Origin: Candidatus Omnitrophota bacterium
GTDB taxonomy: Bacteria > Omnitrophota > Omnitrophia > Omnitrophales > Omnitrophaceae
Direction: 5' to 3'
DNA length: 64,000 nucleotides
NCBI GenBank assembly: GCA_029561555.1
Contig: JAKQXH010000058.1
Span: forward strand, 2,949-66,948
The stretch's first letter is position 1. Each line of letters opens with the position of its first letter. Shown piece by piece: positions 37,983 to 46,252 of the stretch. The notes beneath the pieces are model-generated. The model saw nothing but the letters and a program-made list of their open reading frames with translations. It made no database searches and was not told the DNA's origin. Position numbers and translations under genes: made by a program.

Positions 37983-38015
37983 TGGGGTCACACCTAAAAA
38001 TCAGGTGTGACCCCA
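37983..38015. promoter_or_regulatory. Perfect palindrome TGGGGTCACACCT-N7-AGGTGTGACCCCA in the divergent mutS/lnt control region (operator or REP-like unit)
   Basis: 13-bp arms and a 7-nt spacer. The left arm contains a candidate mutS -35 (GTGACC, 17 nt from TATAAT on the minus strand). The right arm ends 2 nt before the lnt extended -10. Confidence 0.45.
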
Positions 38016-38017
38016 TA

Positions 38018-38026
38018 TGATATAAT
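38018..38026 (+). promoter_or_regulatory. Candidate extended -10 promoter (TGaTATAAT) predicting a leaderless lnt mRNA
   Basis: The TATAAT ends 6 nt before the ATG at 38033, so the expected start site falls on the A of the ATG. No SD is present. Confidence 0.4.
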
Positions 38027-38032
38027 TCGTTT

Positions 38033-39352
38033 ATGCTAACCCTTATTGCTTGCCTTCTCCTTGTCTCGGGCCTTCAGCCTTTCGGGCTCTGGATGTTGTC
38101 TTATGCCGGTTTTTTCCCGCTCTTTCTTCTGGCGTTTGATCCGAAAATAAAATTTTCAAAGTTGTTTTTTTGCGCGCTCTTTGCGGGCGCCTTTTATTAC
38201 GGAATCTTCTTTTGCTGGCTCACTGCGTACAGCCTCCGGACTTTTTCCTCGGTTTGGCTGATCGTTTCTCCCGTTTTCGCGGTTTATTTCTCGGGAATCC
38301 GCTTGTTCTCAAAAATAAACTTCTCCGCTCTTTTGATCCCGGTTTCGATCGGTTTATGGGCGGCTCTCGAAAAAATATTCGCCCTGACCCCGCTGGGGGC
38401 CGCGGCCCTGCAGCTCCCGTTCTACGGCCCGCCCGCCCTGATGCAAGTCGTCTCCTATGCGGACTTTTGTCTCCTGTCGGGAGCCCTTATGGGCGTCAAT
38501 GCCTCCGCCGCGCTTTTAACCCGGAAGAAATCGCCCGGGGCCTGGTGCGGATTTCTCTTGTCCTCTCTCGTTGTTTCGGGAATTTATTTCCACGGGCATT
38601 TCAGAATGCAAAAGACGGGCGACACAAAAAAATCCGTGAAAGTATCCCTGATTCAGCACAACCTGCCGATCTCGGACGCCTGGCGGGGAAAACACCGGGA
38701 TGAGATCTACCGCCGTTACCGGGAATTGATTTTGAAAGCCGCGGAAGAAGCCCCCGATCTGATCGTTCTCCCCCTTTACACGCTTCCGGACGATCCCCTG
38801 CGCAATCCCGGTTTTTTCGCCGGCCTGGCGCGATCAACAAAAAGCCATATCCTTATCGGAAGTCATATCCCGGAAAAACCCGGCGGGGACCCCGGGAAAA
38901 ATTTTTTGGATGTCGCGATCCTTTACGCGCCGGACGGAAAAATCGCGGGCCTTTATCAGGCGGCACAGGCTCCCCCGTTCCGGGGGATTCCGGAAATAAC
39001 CGGGGACAACGCCGCGCCCCTTAAGGCGTCGTTCGGAACATTCGGCGTCCTTTTGTGCTATGAAGACGTTCTCCCCGGCCCCGCGCGAAAAGCGGTTTCA
39101 TCGGGAGCGGAATGCATCGCGGCCCTGTCCAATCCCGGACATTTCGCGAACACGGATTTGCCTTATTATCACCTGTTTCAGGACAGCCTGAGAGCGATCG
39201 AATCAAACCGGTGGCTCATCCGGGTTTCCCCGAACGGCTATTCCGCAATTGTCGATCCGTCAGGGCGACGGATCAAAAAAAGTGTTCTTCGGGAAGAACA
39301 GGTTCTGACGGGAAAAATCGGCTTGCTTGAAAATACCGCGCAAAACGGCTAA
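38033..39352 (+). CDS. lnt: Apolipoprotein N-acyltransferase
   Basis: N-terminal polytopic region (LVSGLQPFGLWMLSYAGFFPL) plus a C-terminal CN-hydrolase domain (LIVLP..., GVLLCYEDVLP). Confidence 0.85.
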   Translation: MLTLIACLLLVSGLQPFGLWMLSYAGFFPLFLLAFDPKIKFSKLFFCALFAGAFYYGIFFCWLTAYSLRTFSSVWLIVSPVFAVYFSGIRLFSKINFSALLIPVSIGLWAALEKIFALTPLGAAALQLPFYGPPALMQVVSYADFCLLSGALMGVNASAALLTRKKSPGAWCGFLLSSLVVSGIYFHGHFRMQKTGDTKKSVKVSLIQHNLPISDAWRGKHRDEIYRRYRELILKAAEEAPDLIVLPLYTLPDDPLRNPGFFAGLARSTKSHILIGSHIPEKPGGDPGKNFLDVAILYAPDGKIAGLYQAAQAPPFRGIPEITGDNAAPLKASFGTFGVLLCYEDVLPGPARKAVSSGAECIAALSNPGHFANTDLPYYHLFQDSLRAIESNRWLIRVSPNGYSAIVDPSGRRIKKSVLREEQVLTGKIGLLENTAQNG

Positions 39353-39400
39353 GTAACAATGCATAAGTTTTTGTATGCCGAAAACGATGTTCGTCTTGTT

Positions 39401-39574
39401 CGGCAAATCTGACTGGAGCGAGCTCTCGCAACCGTTTGGAGCTTGGTCTGGCGTAAAACGTCAGTCCAAACGGTGAGAGCGCAGGCGGTCGGACGCCGCA
39501 GGAGTGGACGAACCGCCGATCGCGGAAGCAGATTTGCCGAACTTTATGGCCTGAAATTTTAAAAAACTCTTGAA
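39401..39574. repeat. Structured intergenic repeat, copy 2
   Basis: Same orientation as 11661-11834, with 13 substitutions and no indels. Lies between convergent lnt and the clpX-like gene, ending 8 nt from the clpX-like stop codon. Confidence 0.85.
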
Positions 39575-39581
39575 TAGTTAC

Positions 39582-41135
39582 TTAGCCTTTATAGGCCTCT
39601 TTGATCCAGCCGTTCAAGACGGCGTTGGGATTTTCAATCGCTTCTTTGGAAATCAGGAATTCCTTCCCGCCGTTCTTTTCCGAAATCAGGGCGAGTCCGT
39701 AGGCGTAATTCGAAAAAAGTTTCCCGAGAAATTCCGGCGCGTCGCATTCCTTTCCCGCCATTTGTCCCTTGACCGCCTCGCAGGCGGAAGGATCCAAACG
39801 GAGGCGGATGCGGTTTTTCTCGAAAAAATCCTGTTCGAAACGCCGGATCGCCGACACGATCTCATGCTCGACTTCACCTTTCAGAAGCTCTCCGAGCCGC
39901 GCCCCGGGAGACAGGACGCCTTCCTTTGTCAGATCGAATTCCCGGATCTGAGTCGAAGGCAGTTCGTATTTGAAGCCCCTTAAAATTTTCTCGCAAACCG
40001 TGAGAAGCCCGCGGGCGCCGGTCCCTTCCCGGGCGGCTTTCTTCGCGATCTCCCGGAGCGCGTCCTTCTCAAATCTCGCATCGATCCCGTATCCGCGGAA
40101 ATCCGCCGCGTATTGGCGGAGGATCGAGCCTTCCGATTCCGTCAAAATCCGGTACAGATCCTCTTCCGACAACGGATCGCAGACCACCCGCACCGGCAGA
40201 CGTCCGACAAACTCCGGTTCAAATCCGAACGTCACGAAATCCTCCGTCCGGACTTCATTCAGCACATTCCCCGCCCCGGAATGCTCCGCGGGTTTCTGCG
40301 AAAAACCCACGACGCTCTGCCGCAATCTTTTCTCGACGATCGAATTCAGCTCGCCGAACGCCCCGCTCACGATGAAAAGGACGTGACGGGTATTGACCGT
40401 CGCCCGCGCCGTTTTTCCTTTACGCTGTAAATCCATGACCGCTTGAATTTGGGATTGAATATCCATGGGACTTCGGACCGGCACGTCCGTCTCCTCCAGC
40501 AACTTGAGAAGCCCCCGCTGGACCCCGCTCCCGCTCACGTCGCGCCCGATCACGTGAGAAGGCGCCGCGATTTTGTCGATTTCATCGAGATAAACGATCC
40601 CGCATTCCGCAAGCTCCGCGTCCCCGTCCGCCTTGCCGACAAGCTCCCGGACCAGGTCTTCGACATCCCCCCCGACATATCCGGTCTCGCTGAATTTCGT
40701 CGCGTCACCTTTCACGAACGGGACCCCGATCAATTCCGCAAGGCTCCGGACCAGATAAGTCTTCCCGACCCCCGTCGGCCCGAGAATGATCACGTTCTGT
40801 TTGACGTAATGCCGGCATTTCTTCCCGTCCCGGCAAGCCTTGATGTGGTTGTAATGATCGCAAATTACCGTCGCCAGGACTTTTTTCGCCTCATCCTGCT
40901 TGATCACATACCGGTCCAGGTATTTCTTGATGTCTTTCGGCTTGAGATGAAAGTCCAAAACCCGTTTAAACTTTTCTTCTTCCGCTTTCCCCGGCTCTTC
41001 CTTGGGAGCCTCGGCCTTCGGCGGCGTCACCACCGTCGCATGCTCCATGATTTTCTTAAAAGCCTCCGACAGCTCTTTCTGAAGTTCCGCCGGGTCCTTG
41101 TCTTTTTTCTCGCTCATCTCGTATTTCCTTTTCAT
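39582..41135 (-). CDS. ClpX-family AAA+ ATPase lacking the N-terminal zinc-binding domain, with a C-terminal extension
   Basis: LDRYVIKQDEAKKVLA, Walker A GPTGVGKT, pore loop ETGYVGGDVED, Walker B IVYLDEIDK, and a VGF tripeptide at the IGF-loop position. 517 aa, with no C4 zinc ribbon at the N-terminus. Confidence 0.8.
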   Translation of the reverse strand: MKRKYEMSEKKDKDPAELQKELSEAFKKIMEHATVVTPPKAEAPKEEPGKAEEEKFKRVLDFHLKPKDIKKYLDRYVIKQDEAKKVLATVICDHYNHIKACRDGKKCRHYVKQNVIILGPTGVGKTYLVRSLAELIGVPFVKGDATKFSETGYVGGDVEDLVRELVGKADGDAELAECGIVYLDEIDKIAAPSHVIGRDVSGSGVQRGLLKLLEETDVPVRSPMDIQSQIQAVMDLQRKGKTARATVNTRHVLFIVSGAFGELNSIVEKRLRQSVVGFSQKPAEHSGAGNVLNEVRTEDFVTFGFEPEFVGRLPVRVVCDPLSEEDLYRILTESEGSILRQYAADFRGYGIDARFEKDALREIAKKAAREGTGARGLLTVCEKILRGFKYELPSTQIREFDLTKEGVLSPGARLGELLKGEVEHEIVSAIRRFEQDFFEKNRIRLRLDPSACEAVKGQMAGKECDAPEFLGKLFSNYAYGLALISEKNGGKEFLISKEAIENPNAVLNGWIKEAYKG

Positions 41136-41932
41136 GAATTCACCTTCACCGCGGAGACGATGAATTCCGTGTGGGAGACCATGCGCTGAACCGGCCGGGT
41201 TTTGCCTTCCCGCGCGAGAATCGGCCGCTCCAGCAATTCGCAGGCCTCGACCCGGATAAAACCGGCCCGACGCAAGGCCTCCGCCATCCGCTCAATTTGA
41301 TTGAATGTGGGATTCAGGCTGATCAGCGCCGCGCTGCCCTTCATGGCTTCCTTCACGACATCCACCTCCTCCCAAGGGGTCGGGATGTCCAGAATCACCG
41401 CGTCGAAATCCTTCTCGGGGAAAGCCTCCTGCGGTTCCCTCCGCCGGAACTCCACATAATCCTGCAATCCGAAACGCCGGATATTTTTCCGGGCCAGTTC
41501 CAGGAAATCATCCCGCCGGTCATGCGTAAAAACCCTGCCGTCCGGCGCGACGGCCCGTGCCAGAGCGCCGGTCAGTGTTCCGGACCCGGTCCCCACTTCG
41601 AGGACTTTCTTTCCCGCCGAAATCCCGGCCCGTATCAGGATCAAGCCCGCGTCTTTCGGATAAATGACGCCGCTTTCCCGTGAATTTTTGAACATCAAAT
41701 CTTCCGTGGAAGGCTTCAGCAAATACCCCGTTCCGTGCGCGCATTCGACTTTCGTCCCGTACGGCGCCCCGATCCAGGAATCCACCTCCAGCGGCCTCCC
41801 CCGGTGAATCGCCGCCTTCTTTCCCGGCCTGGCTTCAACCAGATAACTCACATCATCTTCATCAAACCACAGCAAAACAAAGTCCCCTTCCCGGATCGCA
41901 TTCCCGGAAGCTAAATCATTCGCATCCGCCAT
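41132..41932 (-). CDS. trmI: tRNA (adenine-N1)-methyltransferase, TrmI/Gcd14 family
   Basis: VIYPKDAGLILIRAGISAGKKVLEVGTGSGTLTGALARAV and FDAVILDIPTPWE. The stop overlaps the clpX-like ATG (ATGA). Confidence 0.8.
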   Translation of the reverse strand: MADANDLASGNAIREGDFVLLWFDEDDVSYLVEARPGKKAAIHRGRPLEVDSWIGAPYGTKVECAHGTGYLLKPSTEDLMFKNSRESGVIYPKDAGLILIRAGISAGKKVLEVGTGSGTLTGALARAVAPDGRVFTHDRRDDFLELARKNIRRFGLQDYVEFRRREPQEAFPEKDFDAVILDIPTPWEEVDVVKEAMKGSAALISLNPTFNQIERMAEALRRAGFIRVEACELLERPILAREGKTRPVQRMVSHTEFIVSAVKVNS

Positions 41933-41938
41933 TCCCCC

Positions 41939-43204
41939 TCAACCTCCTTCGTCTTCCTCAAGAATTATTTTTCCGATCGCCGACCCCAAAATCATGCAAC
42001 CCCGTTTATTGAAATGACACATCGGGTCCGCGTAAACCGGCCCTTTTTCCGGAACAAACAGTTTCGTCAAATCATGAAAGCGTATCCCTTTCGCGGAAAG
42101 ATCGCGCCCCGCGGACATCAAATACCGGTAACCTTTGATCACCGGGATCGAATACCGGCGATGCTCGTCATAACACTCCTTTTTTTCCTTTGCCGTCAGC
42201 ACTTTCGAGCCGGCGACATACTGATTCGGCTGCAGAAAGTGAAAATAGCGGATTCCGTTTTCCCTGCAAAGCTGATTCAGCAAAACGGAACTCCTCTCCC
42301 AAATCGCCGCAAGGTCCTCATACAAAGCCGATTCTTTTTCGTAATGCACCAGAGGACCGGTTTCCGCATAATTACTTTTTTGGGGCTTATAATCCAGCAC
42401 GGCCGAATTTTCATTATACAAAAAACGGTCGATCAGGGTATCGCCGGCCTTCCAGACAATATAAAACGCCGAGCTGTCCCGGAATGGAAATCTCGAAAAA
42501 AAAGCGGCCCACCGGCTCTTCATCCCCTTCAGAATCGTGATCTTGCCCACATGCCCCATCAATTCGGACGTGGATAACGTACCGACCCGCATATACCACA
42601 ACCGGGGATAGGCCGGAAAGACATTCTTGGGAATGTTCTCGACAAACGGCAGTGAAATCTCGTTGAATCCGTCGATATTGATCAGGACGTCAAATTCCGC
42701 CCCCAGCATCAATAGATAATTGACGATCATCAATTGCTGCGGTTGTTTATAGCCCCCCGCCGCCAGACGGATCATCACGATCTCTTTGCCCCGGAAGGAA
42801 GGCGCCCGGCGCAACTCCCCAAGCAGCGCCTCCTCACCCCAGTCGAAAACCTGCCCGGCGACGGAACCTCCCAGGATTCCCACGATGACCTTCTCCGGCG
42901 ATTTTTTCTGAATCGGGCTGACCGAATTTTGGAATCCGTAGGGATCCGCCGGAGTCGGCGGCGCCAGGACAAAACCGACATACGGATGCAAGGTGTCCGC
43001 CTTCATCCATTCCGGAATTAGGACCGAACCCGGGTAAAAACTGATGCGGTTCTCCGCGGCGATCCGCCGCGCATGATCCGCCTCGGCGAAAGAGAAAAAT
43101 CTCCCTCTCGCAAGGGAAAGCGCCGCGAAGGAAGCCCCTTCGATCGCCAGAAAGATCAGCAATAAAAGCAAGACGGGGAAAAGGATTCTTTTTGAAAAAT
43201 TCAT
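41939..43204 (-). CDS. Membrane-anchored hypothetical protein (about 421 aa)
   Basis: Trimmed to MNFSKRILFPVLLLLLIFLAIEG (N-terminal anchor). The large extracytoplasmic domain has a GILGGSVAG segment faintly reminiscent of SGNH/AlgJ-type proteins. Family not established. Confidence 0.55.
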   Translation of the reverse strand: MNFSKRILFPVLLLLLIFLAIEGASFAALSLARGRFFSFAEADHARRIAAENRISFYPGSVLIPEWMKADTLHPYVGFVLAPPTPADPYGFQNSVSPIQKKSPEKVIVGILGGSVAGQVFDWGEEALLGELRRAPSFRGKEIVMIRLAAGGYKQPQQLMIVNYLLMLGAEFDVLINIDGFNEISLPFVENIPKNVFPAYPRLWYMRVGTLSTSELMGHVGKITILKGMKSRWAAFFSRFPFRDSSAFYIVWKAGDTLIDRFLYNENSAVLDYKPQKSNYAETGPLVHYEKESALYEDLAAIWERSSVLLNQLCRENGIRYFHFLQPNQYVAGSKVLTAKEKKECYDEHRRYSIPVIKGYRYLMSAGRDLSAKGIRFHDLTKLFVPEKGPVYADPMCHFNKRGCMILGSAIGKIILEEDEGG

Positions 43205-43331
43205 GGCAGAATTATAAATCCATTGCCCCGGTAAGAAAAGCACTTATCCTATTTTCCCGCTTCCATCGTCCGGTAAAAACATGCTAGTCTTTAGCCGGAA
43301 TCTTTTTAAAATTCATTTCGGGCCATTCAAA

Positions 43332-44972
43332 ATGAGATTGCTTTTGTTTCAACCGCCGGTTCAGGATTTTTACGATACCGACATCCGTCTTCAGCCGATC
43401 GGACTTTGCTATCTCAAGGCCGCCGTCAAAAAGCACCTTCCCGACGTCGAAGTGATCGTGAAAGATTTCCATCAAGGACGGGGGCGCAGGACCATTTCTC
43501 TTCCCGGTGAATTAAAGTATCTTGAAGATTACTACATCGGCCCCGACAAAAGCCCTTTTTCCGCGTTCCATCACTATTATCATTTCGGCGCCTCCTTCGA
43601 AGCCGTCGCGGATGAAGTATCGGAAACAAAACCGGATTTAGTCGGAATCTCATCCCTCTTTTCGCCTTATTACCGCGAAGTCCTGCGCTGCGCGGAAGCC
43701 GTCAAGAAAAAACTGGCCGCTCCCATTCTGATCGGAGGTCCGCACGCCTCGGCCGCTCCGCTTCTCATGCTGGGAAACTCCTGCGTCGATTTCCTGATCC
43801 GGGGAGAAGGCGAAAGGCCTTTGGTCGAATTCCTGCGCGCCTGGACCGGAAACCGGGAATTCGCGGAAGTCCCCAATCTCGGTTTCAAAGAAAACGGAGT
43901 GCCGGTTCTGAATAAAATCGAGCCCAATTGCCCGATCGAAGAAATTCCCCGTCCGGACTTTTCGGATCTTGACCCGGGGAATTACTGTTTTGAAAAACAA
44001 CCCATGAGTTTCATCATCACCTCGAGAGGATGCCCGCATCATTGCAGTTTCTGTTCCGTGCATCTGACTTTCGGCGACCGCTACCGGAAAAGATCCGTCG
44101 AAGATATCGTCGCGGAAATCGAGGCCCGGGTCCGGGAAGGAATACGGGTTTTTGATTTTGAAGACGACAATCTGACTTTCTATATCTCCGAAATGAAAGC
44201 GCTCTGCAAAGAGCTGATCAAGAGATTCTCCGGGAAAGACATCCGCCTCCTGGCCATGAACGGAATTTCTTATCTGAGCCTCGATCCGGAACTTCTGGAA
44301 CTGATGAAGCGCGCCGGCTTTTCCCATCTGAACATTTCACTCGTCAGCACGGAAGAGGGCCTTCTCCGGTCAAACCGGCGGCCTTATTCCGCCGAAAAAT
44401 ACGTCGAAATCGTGCGGGGAGCCGCCCGGCTCGGATTTAAAACGGTTTCCTATCACATCCTCGGGTTCCCCGGAGCCTCTTTGGAATCCATGACCGAAAC
44501 GTTGATCCGGATGGCACAACTTCCGGTCCTGATCGGATCCTCCCCGTTCTATCTCACGCCCCATTCCCCCATCGCGGAGAAATTTCCTCCGCCGGACGAG
44601 GAAGATATCTTCAAATCAAGATTGACCGCCATGGCTATTGAATCGGAACATTTCAAGCGGGAAGACATTTACACATTATTCGTCACCGCCCGAATCCTCA
44701 ATTTCCTTAAGGGGATTCAACTGAACGGAGAAAGCGGCACGCTTCGGGATGTTTTTGAAATACTTGAGAATTCGGATAAACGACAGGCTCTCGGAGGGGA
44801 ACTTCTCGCGAGACTTCTGTCGGAAAGAAAACTTTATGCCGTCATCCGAAACGAACGCCGCCTTTTACCGAAATTCAAAGCGGATCTTTTCTTTAGGATC
44901 TGGGATAAACTCGATTTTATCGCAACTCAAAACAATCAAAAGATATATGGGGTCACACCCCTTTTTGCTTAA
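43332..44972 (+). CDS. B12-binding domain-containing radical SAM protein
   Basis: N-terminal cobalamin-binding-like region (MRLLLFQPP...PIGLCYLKA) and the radical SAM motif ITSRGCPHHCSFCSV. The last 8 codons are formed by a GGGGTCACACCCC repeat arm. Confidence 0.85.
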   Translation: MRLLLFQPPVQDFYDTDIRLQPIGLCYLKAAVKKHLPDVEVIVKDFHQGRGRRTISLPGELKYLEDYYIGPDKSPFSAFHHYYHFGASFEAVADEVSETKPDLVGISSLFSPYYREVLRCAEAVKKKLAAPILIGGPHASAAPLLMLGNSCVDFLIRGEGERPLVEFLRAWTGNREFAEVPNLGFKENGVPVLNKIEPNCPIEEIPRPDFSDLDPGNYCFEKQPMSFIITSRGCPHHCSFCSVHLTFGDRYRKRSVEDIVAEIEARVREGIRVFDFEDDNLTFYISEMKALCKELIKRFSGKDIRLLAMNGISYLSLDPELLELMKRAGFSHLNISLVSTEEGLLRSNRRPYSAEKYVEIVRGAARLGFKTVSYHILGFPGASLESMTETLIRMAQLPVLIGSSPFYLTPHSPIAEKFPPPDEEDIFKSRLTAMAIESEHFKREDIYTLFVTARILNFLKGIQLNGESGTLRDVFEILENSDKRQALGGELLARLLSERKLYAVIRNERRLLPKFKADLFFRIWDKLDFIATQNNQKIYGVTPLFA

Positions 44973-44980
44973 AAGTGTAA

Positions 44981-45022
44981 AGACTACAGACCACAGACTG
45001 CAGACTGAAGACCAAAGACAAA
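44981..45022. repeat. Six tandem heptads AGACNNN
   Basis: AGACTAC AGACCAC AGACTGC AGACTGA AGACCAA AGACAAA, with an exact 7-nt period. Confidence 0.8.
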
Positions 45023-45026
45023 AAAG

Positions 45027-45046
45027 CTAGTAGGGACTAGTAGGGA
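45027..45046. repeat. Perfect 10-nt tandem duplication CTAGTAGGGA x2
   Basis: Read directly from the sequence: CTAGTAGGGACTAGTAGGGA. Confidence 0.85.
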
Positions 45047-45068
45047 AAAGGGGCGTGACCCCTGATTT

Positions 45069-45299
45069 CTAACTCCCTTTAAGCCATTTCAGCAATTTCC
45101 CAAGAAGCCCCGTATCCTCGTTTAATCTTGCGTCACAAAAAAGACAGGTTAATCCGTCGCGTGGCGTGAGCTTCCCGCAGGAAGGACACGCGGTCAATTT
45201 TTCCCCAAAATGCTCCTCCACGATCCACTTCCGTTTAAGCTGTTCGGGAACGGCTTCCTCCCGAACCTCTTCCCAATCTTTCGGTTCGTCGCTATCCAT
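45069..45299 (-). CDS. Small zinc-ribbon protein (76 aa), hypothetical
   Basis: Trimmed to MDSDEPKDWEE... Contains CPSCG...CLFC (4-Cys ribbon). Starts 5 nt after the upstream methyltransferase stop. Confidence 0.5.
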   Translation of the reverse strand: MDSDEPKDWEEVREEAVPEQLKRKWIVEEHFGEKLTACPSCGKLTPRDGLTCLFCDARLNEDTGLLGKLLKWLKGS

Positions 45300-45304
45300 A
45301 TCGG

Positions 45305-46252
45305 TTAACCGCTTTTGGCCACTTTCGCGATGAAGAACCCTTCCATCTCGCGGTCCGGAAAAATTCTGACGGCATTTTTCACGGAAGGATGAAAAGCCTT
45401 CCCTTCCCACTCCGAAAGACCGGGAGTCCTGTTCGGAACCGGAAACTCAATTTCACAAATTTCCGCCCGTCCGGCCAGCTTCCGGACCGCCCAATCCAGG
45501 ACCGCTTCGTTTTCCTCCGGCGCAAACGTGCAAGTCGAATAGACAAGGCTTCCTCCGGGCTTCAGCGCCGAAAGCCCCGAGAGAAGAAGTTTCTTCTGCT
45601 TCCGGGACATTTCCCTGATTTTGGCGGGTTTCCAGAATTTCCAGGACGCCTCATCTCCCGCCCGGAAACGCCCTTCCGAACTGCACTGCGCGTCCACCAG
45701 GACTTTATCGAATCGATCCGGAAATTGTTTCCCGAAACACTCCCCCGGTTTGCATGAAAATTCGACATTCTCCGCCCCTTGAAGTTCGACCGTATTCTTC
45801 AGTTTGAAGAACCGTCCCCGGTTATTGTCGTTGGCGGCCAAATGCCCCGTCCCTTTCATCATGCAGGCAATCTGAGTGGTTTTGCTCCCCGGCGCCGCCG
45901 CAAGATCCAGAACGTTGTCGCCCGGTGAAGGAGAAAGCGCCAGAACGGGAATCAGGCTGGAAAGGCTCTGGACGTAAAGCTCTCCTTCGCGATAGGCCCT
46001 CGTCTCCTGAAGGGCCCTCAAATCCTTCCGCGGAAGGATATAAACTTCGGGACACCAGGAAACTTTTTGGGTCGAAAGTCCCGCCCGTGAAAGTTCCGGA
46101 ATCAATGCCTCGGCGGACGTCTTCAAAGTGTTGACTCGGAACGAAACCGGCCTTGCGAATGAAAACGTTTCGATCAACCCGCCGGCATCCGCCTCCGGAA
46201 AGATTTTCCCAAGCCGTTCGATAAAAAGCGGAGGCAATTTCCCGGTCAGCAT
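45305..46252 (-). CDS. RsmB/RsmF (NOL1/NOP2/Sun) family RNA cytosine-C5 methyltransferase
   Basis: [26 protein letters not shown] and [14 protein letters not shown], which contain the two catalytic Cys motifs. Confidence 0.85.
   Translation of the reverse strand: MLTGKLPPLFIERLGKIFPEADAGGLIETFSFARPVSFRVNTLKTSAEALIPELSRAGLSTQKVSWCPEVYILPRKDLRALQETRAYREGELYVQSLSSLIPVLALSPSPGDNVLDLAAAPGSKTTQIACMMKGTGHLAANDNNRGRFFKLKNTVELQGAENVEFSCKPGECFGKQFPDRFDKVLVDAQCSSEGRFRAGDEASWKFWKPAKIREMSRKQKKLLLSGLSALKPGGSLVYSTCTFAPEENEAVLDWAVRKLAGRAEICEIEFPVPNRTPGLSEWEGKAFHPSVKNAVRIFPDREMEGFFIAKVAKSG

Larger units (their letters stand above)
44949..45062. repeat. 17-bp imperfect inverted repeat pair (GGGGTCACACCCCTTTT / AAAAGGGGCGTGACCCC) enclosing 80 nt of short tandem repeats
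   Basis: The arms match at 16/17 positions and share the GGGGTCAC core with the 37983-38015 palindrome. Each arm alone can form GGGG-N5-CCCC plus a T-run, resembling weak convergent terminators. Confidence 0.7.

Noticed and set aside
44981-45046. Short tandem repeats considered as a CRISPR array.
   Set aside because: The units are 7 and 10 nt with no spacers, far below CRISPR repeat and spacer sizes, and no cas genes are present.
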